A DNA stretch of 63,985 nucleotides, counting the filler, from Chiloscyllium plagiosum (lineage: Eukaryota): NCBI RefSeq assembly GCF_004010195.1. It is 3 parts of one record of this genome, joined end to end, with 100 filler letters (N's around TTAATTAATTAA, not from the genome) between each part and the next. Parts side by side here need not be neighbours in the genome. Positions count along the whole stretch, not along the records: positions 59,352 to 63,985 come from NC_057713.1; 2 more parts are not named here. The stretch is one strand, 5' to 3'. Position numbers and translations under genes: made by a program. Positions 63,463-63,985 of the stretch are shown piece after piece; position 1 is the first letter of the stretch; every line of letters begins with the position of its first letter. Under the pieces are notes generated by a model, which worked only from the letters and a program-made list of their open reading frames with translations, was not told the DNA's origin and searched no databases.

Positions 63463-63985
63463 CAAAAATTATGATTAATCATGGTTCCTACCTAACATGC
63501 ATAGCTTTAACCCCATACACTTACCACGACTGCAACTCATATGTGTATCTCTCAGTTAGCTATTCAACCATAATAAGCAATCTCAGATGCAGATTGAACA
63601 ACATCGATAGCCTACTTTTATCCCTGTTCCATGAGAACCAAGACCAGCTGATGAAAACTAACAAGAGATAAGTGTGGCCTGCCCTTACCCTCATTGAGAA
63701 GGTGGTATTTGTCCTCACTGAGACTTCTCACACTTCCAATTTCTCCCTCAATCCCATAATTCATTTTGATTTAGGAGCTGCATATGTTCCAAGCATTCAA
63801 TGCTTATATTTCTTACATTTCCCCTCACCAGAACCCTAATGTTGTGCATTTCTCTTTTCAGATACCTGAGAATTGGAACTTGGCCAATAAGTAAGGTGAC
63901 AATGATGATAAAACATCATCACCTCTCACTCTTGCAACCACCAACTTAGGTATTGATGCTGCATTTAATAAAGAGGAGAAATTGG

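Overview
Repeat-rich vertebrate genomic DNA, almost certainly an elasmobranch (shark), judged from HE1-type V-SINEs, abundant CR1 LINEs and Penelope-like elements. The window has three assembly gaps. One host gene is identifiable: RMDN1 on the + strand, with a CpG-island promoter at about 15.3-15.7 kb, coding exon 1 at 15451-15555 and coding exon 2 at 19791-19908. No later RMDN1 exon was recognised, so the rest of the window looks like a >44 kb intron 2. A divergent minus-strand promoter and non-coding first exon at about 6.8-7.0 kb is probably CPNE3, inferred from synteny only. The most interesting non-genic signals are: (i) two Penelope-associated families of minimal type-I hammerhead ribozyme motifs that covary with each other, some inside short elements flanked by target-site duplications; (ii) a Gypsy retrotransposon with integrase upstream of reverse transcriptase (Gmr1-like order); (iii) a 37-bp minisatellite with a palindromic core next to CTCF motifs at the RMDN1 promoter; and (iv) a MEIS/homeodomain motif cluster at 0.7-1.6 kb. 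All identifications were made by eye from recalled sequences, and repeat boundaries are approximate.
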